IMG/VR virus record: IMGVR_UViG_3300046171_000055
Location: 1-61,102 of that record
DNA: 61,102 bases
Direction: 5' to 3' (one strand)
DNA from: a virus
Taxonomy: Duplodnaviria > Caudoviricetes
Below are positions 37,537-48,363 of this stretch, piece after piece. Each line of letters begins with the position of its first letter. The first letter of the stretch is position 1. Made by a program: the position numbers and the translations under genes. The notes beneath the pieces are model-generated. The model did no database searches. It worked only from the letters and a program-made list of their open reading frames with translations, and was not told where the DNA came from.

Positions 37537-38373
37537 TTAGTTACCGTTTGCCGTAAGAGTTGGTTGAGGAAGATAAACACTCATAGGATTCTGATAGTTA
37601 TTTAAATAGCTTTGATTTTGAAACAACATATTTTGTTGATTAGGATTAAGTGATTTTTTAAACTGTCTAAACTCTCTGTTTGAATAATTAGATACATTAC
37701 TAAAGTCAGTCATATTGTCTGCTAAACCTGTGTTCTTGTTAAAAGCAGCCATATCTACACCACCCTTTGATGGGTCGTTTCCAATAGAAGCAACTGCACC
37801 TTTTTGTGCAGTCATATTTTGTTGGTATAAAGGAACCATTTGTGCTGCTTGACCAACTGCTGAAATTGTAGATTCAATTCCCTGTTGTTTAGCCATCTCT
37901 GATGCTCTTTGTGCATCAGCAGCTTTTTGTTGATTACCTGCTACTTCTTCTAAATCTAACGCTACATCTAAATCTCTTAATCTTGAGTCTTCTTCAATGA
38001 TTGCATTTTCAATGTTCGTCATTTCATCTGCTTGTGCTGACCTTACTTGTTGTTGACCTGCTTGTTGTGCAGCGTATACTCTACCTGCAGAAGCTGCTGA
38101 ACCTCTTTCACTTTCTACCCCTGCTTGTGTAGCCATTGCACCTTGAACTAACAATGCCTCTCTTTCAGCATCGTATGCCTCTTTCTTAATAGACATTTGT
38201 TCTGCGTAATTTACATCAAGCTTTCCTCTAGCTTCAGCCATTGCTTTATCAGCATCACGTTCTGCTTGTTGTTGTAATTTTTTTTGTTTAGATGCTTGGG
38301 AGAAAGACATACCGGCAGATGTTACTGTACCTGCTATGGCTACTCCTGCTGCTACTGTTGTTAATGCTGCCAT
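37537..38373 (-). CDS. Putative ejection protein
   Basis: A/G-rich hydrophobic N-terminus and A/Q-rich coiled coil, like small podoviral ejection proteins. Confidence 0.65.
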   Translation of the reverse strand: MAALTTVAAGVAIAGTVTSAGMSFSQASKQKKLQQQAERDADKAMAEARGKLDVNYAEQMSIKKEAYDAEREALLVQGAMATQAGVESERGSAASAGRVYAAQQAGQQQVRSAQADEMTNIENAIIEEDSRLRDLDVALDLEEVAGNQQKAADAQRASEMAKQQGIESTISAVGQAAQMVPLYQQNMTAQKGAVASIGNDPSKGGVDMAAFNKNTGLADNMTDFSNVSNYSNREFRQFKKSLNPNQQNMLFQNQSYLNNYQNPMSVYLPQPTLTANGN

Positions 38374-38374
38374 A

Positions 38375-38785
38375 TTATAATCCTTTTATCATTTCTTTTG
38401 TGTACGAATCTCCTTCAGTATAACCTAGTTTTTTATAAGTATCTATTAAGGATGGGTGCTTTAATAATGCATAACTATATTTTGCTCCTGACCTTGTACA
38501 CAAATTTGTTAATGTTTCAATAAGTAAACCAATTGCATTTTGGCGATTTGGTTTTTTTCTATATTTTTTATTAGATATAATCCAATCAACCCAAGCTACA
38601 CCTGAGTTAGTTAGATATATATAACCTGCACATACAGGAATATCACCGTCTAAAACAATCATTCCTCCTTTACCATTGTCAGGTAGGAAGTCACGAGTTG
38701 GAGGTGTCCATCCCCAATCTTTCCACCAATCCACAAGAATGGTGTCATAATCGTCTAATTCAAGTGGTCTAATATTAAATACCAT
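38375..38785 (-). CDS. GNAT-fold virion assembly protein (putative)
   Basis: FNIRPL...VCAGYIY...YKKLGY; position before the ejection genes; promoter box 38793-38800. Confidence 0.55.
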   Translation of the reverse strand: MVFNIRPLELDDYDTILVDWWKDWGWTPPTRDFLPDNGKGGMIVLDGDIPVCAGYIYLTNSGVAWVDWIISNKKYRKKPNRQNAIGLLIETLTNLCTRSGAKYSYALLKHPSLIDTYKKLGYTEGDSYTKEMIKGL

Positions 38786-38806
38786 TCAACAACAAAGATA
38801 CTAAAA

Positions 38807-39661
38807 TTAAGGAAATGATTTCATCACTTCACTTTCTACTGCAAATAATTCAACCTTCTCTGTATTTCTGTTCTCTAAAGTGAATAAAGCATAATGACCT
38901 AATATTCCGTGAGATTCAGAAATAGAGTTTTTAATGTACAATATAAATTCTGTACCTGTAGGTGGTATTTGTGCACCGGCTATAGTATTATCTACAATAA
39001 TTTGATTTATACCGGAAGGTTTATTTACATTTACTTCTTGAACCTGACCCAATAAAAGTGGTGTAGGATTACCAAAGTATAACATATCACCATCATTATT
39101 TGCAGGTGAACCTACAGAAATTATACTACCAATATCTACAGATATAGGAAAACTAACAATAGTTAAACCTGCTACAGGAAAATTATTTTGAATATTTGAA
39201 CTTGTAGCAATACCATTTAAAGAACGTAAAGCGTATTCATCAATCTGAGCAGGTACACTTCCTGCATTTCTTAAGAAAGCATAGTAAGAACCTTCCTTTT
39301 TTTCATACCAATTTTCTATAGTATTTTGTCCTCCCCAAATAAATCCTGAATCTTGTTGGTCGCTTTGTAACAATGTATCCCAACTATCATCACCCTCTAA
39401 GTTTATAGTTTTAAATAACTTATTTTCTAATGGCATATCATTAAAAACAGATTGCAACTTTGAAGGATGGTTTTCACCATAGTATCTATTTCTAATTGGA
39501 TTAGTATTATGACGATAGATATTACCCTGATGAAATGTATAAAAATAGTTATTCATACCAATTAACCAATCAGCATAGTACGAATAAAATGAAGGAAATC
39601 CTTTGACTCCATCATCGTAGCTTAACGTATAGTTTTCTCCTTTTGTTACATCGTTACTCAT
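38807..39661 (-). CDS. Tail nozzle/stabilisation-related protein
   Basis: YTLSYDDGVKGFPSFYSY...YTFHQGNIYRHN...KLFKTINLEGD. Confidence 0.6.
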   Translation of the reverse strand: MSNDVTKGENYTLSYDDGVKGFPSFYSYYADWLIGMNNYFYTFHQGNIYRHNTNPIRNRYYGENHPSKLQSVFNDMPLENKLFKTINLEGDDSWDTLLQSDQQDSGFIWGGQNTIENWYEKKEGSYYAFLRNAGSVPAQIDEYALRSLNGIATSSNIQNNFPVAGLTIVSFPISVDIGSIISVGSPANNDGDMLYFGNPTPLLLGQVQEVNVNKPSGINQIIVDNTIAGAQIPPTGTEFILYIKNSISESHGILGHYALFTLENRNTEKVELFAVESEVMKSFP

Positions 39662-39672
39662 ATATTATTTTT

Positions 39673-40869
39673 TTATGGACAGTGTGTTGTATCTCCACAA
39701 GAATAACTGACTGCTCCTTCTTGTATTGCATTAACATCTGTCCCTGTTCCTAGTGCAGTTATAGTACCACAATAAATCTGTGGGTCTACAGTGTTGTTAA
39801 TAAAATTAACTCTTTTATATTGTATTACATCTCCCACTGCATTTGCTCCATTAAACCTATCGTTCATAGTATAAAATTGTCCTGTAGTACAATCCTCAAG
39901 AGTTATAGTATTACAAGTATCAAACTTTTGGTCTACAATACCATTGGTTGTATGAACCACAAAACCACCGGGACATAAATAGTAGTTGTCAAATACTTCA
40001 GTTTGTCCGAAACCATCAGTAAAAAGATAGTCGTGTAAGTTAACATTGTTTTGAGTTGATTGACCATTTACCGGAACGTGATAATATAATTCAGTATCAC
40101 TAAACTTTCCTTTACACGCACCGGTTTGAGATGTTGCCATAACACCTAACATAGATGGAATCATTGTAGGACAAGCTACTTCTATACTCCATTGTGTTCC
40201 TCCACAAGGTGCATAAACCGAAACCTCTAATAATTCAGGTTGACCCGTTGTTTTTGGAATAACCATAACACAATCACCCGGTTGACCGGCAGTCAATTGG
40301 TCGTTGTCTGAGGTAATAACTTCTTGAATTGTTGCTCCTGTAGGTGTAAAAGCACCTGCTAAATATTCATTTTCATTTAACTGATAGGTACCTTCAATTT
40401 GGTTTGGCAAACCTCCTCCACATTGTCCTACACTACCTGCACTTCCAAGATAAGTTCTTCCACTAACAGGTTGACCTCCTCCGTTTTGTGCTTGTAACCA
40501 ACCAAATTGTGGTGAACTTACTTTATTGTAAGCAGTTCCATTGAACTGAACCTCAATACCATCAGGTACACCTTGAGGGTCGAATTTAATTATTACGGCT
40601 CCAACATCTGTAGGAGTTCCACCAAGACTAATATTAAGTCTAAATATACCACCTGCACCACTTGCATTTAAACTTCCACCACAAGGCTCATAACAAGTAG
40701 GACAAGGTTGTGGAGGATTTAAAACACAAGTATTACCTGTACATACTTGTTGCCTAACCACAACTCCGTCTGAATAGTATGATGCTGCAGCAAATGTTGT
40801 CAAAGCAGCATCCATATAAATGCCATTTGAATTGCTTAATGTTGTTCCGTCTATATAAAATATTGCCAT
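39673..40869 (-). CDS. Cys/Gly-rich structural protein
   Basis: 398 aa, beta-rich with many Cys; lies in the tail locus. Confidence 0.55.
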   Translation of the reverse strand: MAIFYIDGTTLSNSNGIYMDAALTTFAAASYYSDGVVVRQQVCTGNTCVLNPPQPCPTCYEPCGGSLNASGAGGIFRLNISLGGTPTDVGAVIIKFDPQGVPDGIEVQFNGTAYNKVSSPQFGWLQAQNGGGQPVSGRTYLGSAGSVGQCGGGLPNQIEGTYQLNENEYLAGAFTPTGATIQEVITSDNDQLTAGQPGDCVMVIPKTTGQPELLEVSVYAPCGGTQWSIEVACPTMIPSMLGVMATSQTGACKGKFSDTELYYHVPVNGQSTQNNVNLHDYLFTDGFGQTEVFDNYYLCPGGFVVHTTNGIVDQKFDTCNTITLEDCTTGQFYTMNDRFNGANAVGDVIQYKRVNFINNTVDPQIYCGTITALGTGTDVNAIQEGAVSYSCGDTTHCP

Positions 40870-40879
40870 AATTAAATTT

Positions 40880-43800
40880 TTACGATGGTGTTTGTATACA
40901 ACAACAAGCAGTTTGTATATCTACTCCTGAACATAAATCAATTGTTGTTGGTTTTCTTAAATCCCAAATTAAATATAAAAAATCTCCATCATTACCTGCA
41001 GGAATTGTAAAGTTCCCTTTATAATATTCACCCGGTGTAACCTCTACTGTTGCCATTGCCGTAGATGCAGAAATTAATTGCTGCATTGCAGGTGATGTTT
41101 GAGCATAGTTTACGTTAGTTCTTAGGTATCTAAAACTATTTGTATTATTATCCCAAGTTGCAGTATCGTTCTGCCATTTTGCCCATACTAAATCCTGTTG
41201 GTCTCCTGTGCTTGGTATTGACCCTTGACCTTGTTCTCCTGTTTGAGAAGAGAAATAACTAATAATAGGATTAGTTTGTCCATCATCAAACTGAACGAAT
41301 GTAGTAGTTAAAGGAGATTGATATCCACCGGGAAAAGGTGGAGCATAAAATCTTTTCTGTGTATGTATAACCTCAAATGCTTCATTAGCACCTGTTAAAA
41401 CTACATCTACTACAGTTAAAGTTTTAGCATCAGGACATTCAACTGATAAAACTAAAGTAGTAATACTACCACCTAATGGTGTAATTTTTACTTCAACTTC
41501 AGTTATACTTTGACTATTTTTATTAACCGTTATATCTCCACCCCCTGATTGATTTGTTGCAGTTTGAGTATTACCTGCATAGGTAACTTCTACATCAAAC
41601 AAACCTGATGTTGTAACAGAACTCCAAGAAACTTTTAATGGTCCAATAGAACTGCCCATTTCAAAACAAGAATCAAAAGGAATATTTGGTGTGATTGTAA
41701 TTTCTTGAGTTATTCCACAAGCAGTACAAGGTATATCAACAGGAACTTTTTGTTGGTTTGATGTTAATACAAACTCATTCATATAAGGGTCAAAACCTCC
41801 TAGCTTCTGAGTTTCAAACTCTATGTTAAATAAATCCCTGAACCAAGTTCTCATACCATAACTTGAAACAACTTCAAGTTGGTCGTTTTGATAACTTGTT
41901 CCACTTAATTTTAAAACTGAACCTCTTTTAGAATCTGTAAAATATTTATCCGGACCCCACTGTGCAAAGCTTTCAGGATTGTGACTAATACCAAACTCTT
42001 CAATTCTAGCTATTTGAGTTCCTAAAACTTCAGGTACTGATTGTAGTAGGTTTCCTGTTCCTGCATCGGACAATAAGTTTTTACCTGCTAATACATAAGA
42101 TATTTTATCTTCTTGTAAAGTAAGCACATCTGTTTCTCTAGCAAATAACTTTTGTATTGGTCCAAATGATTCTTCTAAAGCTTTAAAGTTTAGTAGTCCA
42201 AAGTTAAACTCATTGAGTTTGTTTACATTAGACTCATCATTGAATATACCACTATAAGTAATGTCAGAAAATCTTCTCACTTCTTTATAGTCAATTGCTT
42301 GAGTTGATGTAACTCTATTACCTAACTCAAAATCTTTTCCTAAAATACTATCACGAATCTTATAACTTTCAACACCATTACCAAAAGCATAGCAATTGAA
42401 AAACTTAGTATCAATGATAGCAGGTTGAGTATCAGTTTGGTCTTGAATATTACCCAAGTGCAGACCCGGTGTTAAATTTACTTGACCAACATTTATATCT
42501 GTAGGGTCAACAGGTGGTGTGGTTGGGTTCAGTTGTGCACTACCACATTCAGCAACAAAAGTCACTGTAGTTCCTGACCCTGCCGTTCCTTTACCTAAAA
42601 TAAGTATCTGTTGTGGTTGTCCATCTAAATCTATATAGTCAAACACCACATCGTTTATGTCATCGTTTTCAATTGTATATAAACAATTATTAGTTCCGTT
42701 ATTGATTTGATAAGTTTCAGGACCTTCATACCATATATCCGGTGAAGCATCTAATGGCTCACTTTCAAAAATACAAGTATTGTCTGCTCTAAACACAGTG
42801 ATACACATACGGATAACAGACCTTCTCTTTTTACTACTACCACAGGCTCTAGTACCTCTACCCATAAGCTTTAATTGGTTTGTAGCAGCATTTCTATAGA
42901 AGCCAAAATATATAACACATAAATCTTCAGGTAAAGTCTGTGAGCCTTGCATACCTTCATAAGAAACTGTAAAATCACAACCATCACCCGGATTACCTAT
43001 AGACTGAATACCTAATGTTTCAAAAGCATCATCTACATTGTCACCTTCAAACCAATCATAAAAATTATCGTAGTCTTGTGAAGATGTAAGTGTCTTTTCA
43101 AAATCCCATCTTCTTCCTTCACACTTATTACCCGAACCTTTTCTTTCAACTTTAATATCAAAAACAATTCTTGAGTTAGCAGGTATAGTATAATCAGTAT
43201 ACGAAGAACCTGCTATATTTGGGTCAGGTTGTTCTAGGTTTACAGGGTATGTGACCAAAGGATAACTACCTGAACTTTTTCTAGTAGTTTGTTTACAACC
43301 AAAATCTACAATAGCATTCTCCCCTTGTTCAGTACTAAATTGATTTGGTCTAATCTTCATATACGTTCCCGAAGGAATTGGTATATTACCATCTTCATCA
43401 CCACCTCCACCTTCAGAAGGTATATCTAGAAATCCCTTTTGTTGTGCTTCTTTTTGTAGCACCGTTGCAAAGACACATCCTGATGTAGGACCATCTGCAT
43501 CTCTCTTTACAATTAACCTTTGACCTTCTGTAATTTTTTGAGAGTTCTCTCCTTCTAATAGAAAGTGTGTTTCTTGTGTTTCGGGGTCGTTAAAAAATAT
43601 ACTTGAAAAAATAGTATCATACTTTTCTCTGTCAGGTTTAATTGCAAACTTATAATTAGTTGCCCAAACAGGTGCTAGTTGTGATTCAGGTATTTCTACA
43701 TATATACTGTTTGCAGTATCAGAATCATCACATAAAAATTGTTGTGCATTAAACTCACTAACTAATGCAGGTGTTGAACGACCAAACTCATCCATATATA

Positions 43801-45556
43801 AAATACCAATCTCATATCCTCTGTTACTGTGTAAGCTTTCTCCTGAACCTAATTTACTATAGTCAGCTTCAGCAGTTTGTATTTTAAAATATTCAGTAAC
43901 AATTTGTGTAGGTGTAGCTATATCATCAGCATATTGAACTGCAGGGAATGTAAATGTAACTACACTTGACCCCGGTATACTTGATACTTCAATAGCTTGT
44001 TCAATGGCTGATATACCACTGTTATATATAAATAGGGTTCCATCTAAATCAGCTTTCCATATTCTATTATATGCATCTGTCATAGTTGAACCATTCTCTC
44101 TGTCTGCCATAGGCTCTATATTACCTCCCGGTAATGATGTTCCTATTTGTGCAACAGTTTGAGAATTAGTAATCCATTCAAATACAGAACCAAAATCTTG
44201 GTTTATACCAAATGTAAATTGTAATGATTGTTCTTCATTTGTTTCTATAGGAGGGTTATTACCTGAAAATTGAGAGTGTTCAAAATCTACTATCAATGTT
44301 ACAGTCGCACCACTAACTAAATCAATACCACCAAAATCAAATTCTGCTACACCATCATTAACATTTACAACCCCTTGTATTGTGTAATTGGCATCATCTA
44401 GTTCAGCTTCAATATTTATAGCTTCAAAAGATTCCATTACTTTTTCTGTTGTAAAATCTAGTCTTACAGGATTACCTAAATAATTAATTAAATCATATCC
44501 TTCAACATAGTTTCCAAACATTAATCTATTACCCATTAAAGTTTGTGCTTGAGCAAACCTTGGGACATTATCATATAGCCTTAAAATTTCAGCTTCTGAT
44601 AAAATTGTAAATATTTTACTATTAGTAAATGAATAAGTTACATTTTGAAAGTCAGTGTAGCCTTGTTTACTTTTATCTAGCTTTTCAATAACTTTAATTA
44701 TAGGACTATTAGCTTCTTTAAATAACAAGTCAATACCTTTAACTAATGAACCACCTGTATTGAAAGTAACAAGTGCAGTATTGTACAGGTTTGTCATACC
44801 TTCGTTTAGGTAACTCTCTCCTGAAAATAAAAATGTACCCGGTGAAAAAGCAGGGTTAGTAAAAATTGATGTAGCTGAATACTCGTCATCATCATACCTA
44901 TATCTATAAGCAAAACATATAAATCTTTCTTCTAAAAAATTTTCTTGACTTCCTGTTTGAATTAGTTGTATTGAAGGAGGCTGAATTGGTGGCTTTTTAA
45001 TTACCAATATATCCTCAGCTAAGAAACCATCTAAACCATTAGCATCAGGGTCAGCATAATTTTTTAGTATATTAATTTTTCTTGGTGGATTAAAATTATC
45101 TGTAAAAAATAAAAGTTTATTATCTACTAAATCTATTCCTGTATGTAGATATAATTCATCAAAGTTTAAGGTGGTATTAACACCACCACCATCATCCATA
45201 CTAATAAGATGGTATACTACAATATTATTGTTTTGATTCCAAGAAACTACAAGGTCTAATTTTTGAGTAGGACTAGGAGCAAAGTTTGGGTCGTGAACCA
45301 TCCAATACAAAGTCTCATTACTTCCATCTTCAAATGCTCCTATACATCTAGCTTGATTAGATAATGGAGTTCCATCATACTGTAAAGTTGTTACTCTAAG
45401 GTTACCTTTTGAGTTTTCAATAACTCCAATCTCAGCACCTTCAGTTGAACCCATACGAACATTTAATGCATCAACGTACTCCCCATTAGTAATGAGTCGT
45501 TCATCAACCATTTTATTCATTTTACCCTGAGTAAAGTTCCTTGTTAAATTTGCCAT
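40880..45556 (-). CDS. Tail stabilisation (nozzle/muzzle) protein
   Basis: NFTQGKMNKMVDERL...EYVDALNVR, FFTDNFNPPRKIN, FAYRYRY, NRLMFGNYVEG, FGISHNPESFA motifs of Bacteroidota podophage tail proteins. Confidence 0.78.
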   Translation of the reverse strand: MANLTRNFTQGKMNKMVDERLITNGEYVDALNVRMGSTEGAEIGVIENSKGNLRVTTLQYDGTPLSNQARCIGAFEDGSNETLYWMVHDPNFAPSPTQKLDLVVSWNQNNNIVVYHLISMDDGGGVNTTLNFDELYLHTGIDLVDNKLLFFTDNFNPPRKINILKNYADPDANGLDGFLAEDILVIKKPPIQPPSIQLIQTGSQENFLEERFICFAYRYRYDDDEYSATSIFTNPAFSPGTFLFSGESYLNEGMTNLYNTALVTFNTGGSLVKGIDLLFKEANSPIIKVIEKLDKSKQGYTDFQNVTYSFTNSKIFTILSEAEILRLYDNVPRFAQAQTLMGNRLMFGNYVEGYDLINYLGNPVRLDFTTEKVMESFEAINIEAELDDANYTIQGVVNVNDGVAEFDFGGIDLVSGATVTLIVDFEHSQFSGNNPPIETNEEQSLQFTFGINQDFGSVFEWITNSQTVAQIGTSLPGGNIEPMADRENGSTMTDAYNRIWKADLDGTLFIYNSGISAIEQAIEVSSIPGSSVVTFTFPAVQYADDIATPTQIVTEYFKIQTAEADYSKLGSGESLHSNRGYEIGILYMDEFGRSTPALVSEFNAQQFLCDDSDTANSIYVEIPESQLAPVWATNYKFAIKPDREKYDTIFSSIFFNDPETQETHFLLEGENSQKITEGQRLIVKRDADGPTSGCVFATVLQKEAQQKGFLDIPSEGGGGDEDGNIPIPSGTYMKIRPNQFSTEQGENAIVDFGCKQTTRKSSGSYPLVTYPVNLEQPDPNIAGSSYTDYTIPANSRIVFDIKVERKGSGNKCEGRRWDFEKTLTSSQDYDNFYDWFEGDNVDDAFETLGIQSIGNPGDGCDFTVSYEGMQGSQTLPEDLCVIYFGFYRNAATNQLKLMGRGTRACGSSKKRRSVIRMCITVFRADNTCIFESEPLDASPDIWYEGPETYQINNGTNNCLYTIENDDINDVVFDYIDLDGQPQQILILGKGTAGSGTTVTFVAECGSAQLNPTTPPVDPTDINVGQVNLTPGLHLGNIQDQTDTQPAIIDTKFFNCYAFGNGVESYKIRDSILGKDFELGNRVTSTQAIDYKEVRRFSDITYSGIFNDESNVNKLNEFNFGLLNFKALEESFGPIQKLFARETDVLTLQEDKISYVLAGKNLLSDAGTGNLLQSVPEVLGTQIARIEEFGISHNPESFAQWGPDKYFTDSKRGSVLKLSGTSYQNDQLEVVSSYGMRTWFRDLFNIEFETQKLGGFDPYMNEFVLTSNQQKVPVDIPCTACGITQEITITPNIPFDSCFEMGSSIGPLKVSWSSVTTSGLFDVEVTYAGNTQTATNQSGGGDITVNKNSQSITEVEVKITPLGGSITTLVLSVECPDAKTLTVVDVVLTGANEAFEVIHTQKRFYAPPFPGGYQSPLTTTFVQFDDGQTNPIISYFSSQTGEQGQGSIPSTGDQQDLVWAKWQNDTATWDNNTNSFRYLRTNVNYAQTSPAMQQLISASTAMATVEVTPGEYYKGNFTIPAGNDGDFLYLIWDLRKPTTIDLCSGVDIQTACCCIQTPS

Positions 45557-45557
45557 A

Positions 45558-46481
45558 TTATTTTAACCACTTATCCCTACCTCTCATATTCATTAAGAGT
45601 CTTCCGGGATGTATATTACTAATTCTAATTTTTGCATTTCTAAGTAAAGCTGCTCTCTTCTTTCTTGAACGTGCAACAATGTATTCTTGTACTCCAACTT
45701 TAGAACTTAATATTTCAAATTCTACTGCAGCATAGATGTATTTTTCAAATAGTTTATTTACAGTAACTAAACTGTCATCACCATTCTCCATACCATCTGA
45801 TACATACTCAAGAATACACAACTCATCTGCCATTCCTGAACTAAAATTAATAACACCACCTTTGGGGTTTATTTTAAAAGTGGGATTAGCATTGGCAGTT
45901 TCTGTATTCAATCCATAACGTGCTCCAATACCGTATTCAAAATACCAAGCACCATCAACACACCAACCTGCTCTACCATAGTATTCTGAGTTTTGGTTTA
46001 AATAGATACTTTGTTTTTGACCTTTTATTCTATCATAATCAATATCTGAAAATTGTGGAGATATTGCGTTACCATCTATATCAAAAAGTATTCTACATTC
46101 GTTGTCTTGCAAATAAGCTGAAGACCAATTTGTTTGAATGTTTTCTGTTAATGGCATAAGTAATCCATCTCTATACATAGATATTCTAACCCAATTCACA
46201 TAGTCAGATGGAAGCACATATCTTAATGTGTCACACACACTAAGTTCTAATATTTTAATTTCTTTAAAGGCATCATAATTTAATTCCTGTATTGCTCGTT
46301 TAGCGTGGAATAAAATCTTATACCTTTCTTCGTTGTTTACAAGACTGTGATTACCTTGATACATTAACATAAAATTGTTAACTATATCTTCCAAAGAAAC
46401 ATATTGATATGAACCCCAATTAGCATTCTCAGGTGGATTACCTCCATTCTCGTAATATTGATATTGTGTTATATAACTCAT
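45558..46481 (-). CDS. Tail ring/adaptor structural protein
   Basis: AKRAIQELNYD...LPSDYVNWVRIS...LEYVSDG; position in the tail locus. Confidence 0.65.
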   Translation of the reverse strand: MSYITQYQYYENGGNPPENANWGSYQYVSLEDIVNNFMLMYQGNHSLVNNEERYKILFHAKRAIQELNYDAFKEIKILELSVCDTLRYVLPSDYVNWVRISMYRDGLLMPLTENIQTNWSSAYLQDNECRILFDIDGNAISPQFSDIDYDRIKGQKQSIYLNQNSEYYGRAGWCVDGAWYFEYGIGARYGLNTETANANPTFKINPKGGVINFSSGMADELCILEYVSDGMENGDDSLVTVNKLFEKYIYAAVEFEILSSKVGVQEYIVARSRKKRAALLRNAKIRISNIHPGRLLMNMRGRDKWLK

Positions 46482-46483
46482 AA

Positions 46484-47452
46484 TTATTTCTCTGTTTGCA
46501 TATTTTTAGCTTCCTCTGCTCCACCAAATTGTGCTGCTGACATTTCTCTAATAGACATACCTGCATATTGTAATATCTTATTGACAAGATTTGGCTCGTC
46601 ATCTTTAGGTAATTCAAAGTCTTGAAAATCATTTGCTGATTGATTGAATGCAGGTTCACCACTAACTAGGTCTACATAAGTCCACTTAGGAACTTTAGGA
46701 AATCTGATGTATTGACATTCTACTGCTCCAAATTGATTTATAGAATCAGGAAACAAAGACAATGTTGGTTCTTGCTGACTATAAGCAGGGAACATTAAAT
46801 TAGGTGCAGTTAACAATGAATTGTTTAGCATTGTTATTTTACTATTAGTAACCTTTTCTGCTTCTTTAACAGGTTTAACTGAATATATCAAGTACTGCAT
46901 TTGTGGATTTAGGAAAGTATCGAAAGGATTTCCATCACCGTCAACTAATGTTAACTCAGTTTCTGCTACCACTACTGATACATATCCTACTTCTGCAGGG
47001 TTAGATGATAAGTTAACAACTATATCTCCTACCTGAACACCATCTGATATAAAGGTTGCCGTATTATCAACTAATGATTGTACCTGAATAACATCGTTAG
47101 TACCACTAGCAAGTTGCTTTGTGTATATTAAAACTTTATTTAAGAGGTAATAACTATCTCCTGTGGTTGTAGGACTAGGGGTAAAAAACTTATTACTATA
47201 TTGATGAAACAAAAATTTAGTTTCAGAAAAAGTATTTATAACTTCTTCTAAACCTTTTGTTATATCAGCATACTCAGTACCCGACTGCCTTGCATTCTCC
47301 TTAACAATTTGATAGTTGTACGAATAAAAATAATTTTCAAATAAATCTAACTGTGCTTGTTTTGCAAATAAGTTAAAGTCAGATGGGGATATATACCCGT
47401 AATTATTCTTGTTCAGTACGGACATCACCGTTTGTCTTACTGAATTTATCAT
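46484..47452 (-). CDS. Tail tubular/adaptor structural protein
   Basis: LNKNNYGYISPSDFNLFAKQAQ...YIRFPKVPKW...DFELP; promoter box 47469-47476. Confidence 0.65.
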   Translation of the reverse strand: MINSVRQTVMSVLNKNNYGYISPSDFNLFAKQAQLDLFENYFYSYNYQIVKENARQSGTEYADITKGLEEVINTFSETKFLFHQYSNKFFTPSPTTTGDSYYLLNKVLIYTKQLASGTNDVIQVQSLVDNTATFISDGVQVGDIVVNLSSNPAEVGYVSVVVAETELTLVDGDGNPFDTFLNPQMQYLIYSVKPVKEAEKVTNSKITMLNNSLLTAPNLMFPAYSQQEPTLSLFPDSINQFGAVECQYIRFPKVPKWTYVDLVSGEPAFNQSANDFQDFELPKDDEPNLVNKILQYAGMSIREMSAAQFGGAEEAKNMQTEK

Positions 47453-47479
47453 CTGTATTTCTTTTCTACAAAGATAATG

Positions 47480-47516
47480 AAAAAAAAAGACCCCTTCATT
47501 TTTGAAGAGGTCTCTT
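47480..47516 (-). terminator. Intrinsic terminator
   Basis: Minus strand GACCTCTTCA-AAAA-TGAAGGGGTC followed by a T run. Confidence 0.75.
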
Positions 47517-47537
47517 AATTATGGTCAATTATAGGGT

Positions 47538-48290
47538 TTAATCTAACAAAGATTCTAAGTATTTTAAAATCTCAAGACCTTCGTCATCTGATAGAAATTG
47601 TGCAACCATATCTAAAGCTTCAGCACCGAATGGTACGTTAAGCATTTTGGTTTTATTTGATGGTGTATTAAACCATACTTCTTTTCCACTCTTTCTAGTT
47701 TTCAATAATCCTTCTTCAAAGAATCTTTGAATCGTACCCATAAGTTTTAATTCAGGGTCACTAATTACTTCTAAGAAATCTTGAGGATTACTTCTAGCAT
47801 ATACTAATACATCTCTTTTAAGTTCTGCAGTAGACATAGTAGTTACGTCTTTACCAAACAATACTCTACATACATTTTCAAGTTGGTCAAGAGTAAGCTT
47901 CTTAGCTTCAACTAAAGCATCAGCTTCAACCATAAGGTCTTCTACCTCTTCTGCTGCATCTTTTGCTTTGTCAACTTGTACAAACTTTCTACCATTTAAT
48001 GGATGATAGTGTAGGAACTCTTGTAATACTTGATTTTCTTTTGGAACGTATAAGAAACCATCTTCAAAAATAATTGGTTCAAGTAATGCATTTTTATCTT
48101 GTTCATCTACAAAACAAGACTTTTGATTTCTTGCATAACGTAACTCTCTATTGGTTCCGGTTTTCTCATCAAAGTGTAAAAGTGAAAATCTCTTTGTGTG
48201 TCTCACAGGTAGCATAAAGGAAAGAGGTGCTACTCCTCTTGTTAGTTTGTAACTCTTAGCTACAAACACACTTGTTTTTGCTTTCGCCAT
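47538..48290 (-). CDS. Hypothetical protein downstream of the capsid gene
   Basis: 250-aa ORF in the head module. Confidence 0.65.
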   Translation of the reverse strand: MAKAKTSVFVAKSYKLTRGVAPLSFMLPVRHTKRFSLLHFDEKTGTNRELRYARNQKSCFVDEQDKNALLEPIIFEDGFLYVPKENQVLQEFLHYHPLNGRKFVQVDKAKDAAEEVEDLMVEADALVEAKKLTLDQLENVCRVLFGKDVTTMSTAELKRDVLVYARSNPQDFLEVISDPELKLMGTIQRFFEEGLLKTRKSGKEVWFNTPSNKTKMLNVPFGAEALDMVAQFLSDDEGLEILKYLESLLD

Positions 48291-48315
48291 TTTATTTATA
48301 ATTTAATTAAAGTTT

Positions 48316-48352
48316 AAAAAAAAGGAGGAGTGTCTTCAAAGACACTCCCCCA
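48316..48352 (-). terminator. Intrinsic terminator after the capsid gene, with the palindrome as its stem
   Basis: Minus strand GGGGGAGTGTCTTTGAAGACACTCCTCC followed by T8. Confidence 0.8.
48330..48345. repeat. 16-bp palindrome copy 12
   Basis: Exact match 18 nt past the MCP stop. Confidence 0.95.
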
Positions 48353-48363
48353 ATATAATAATC

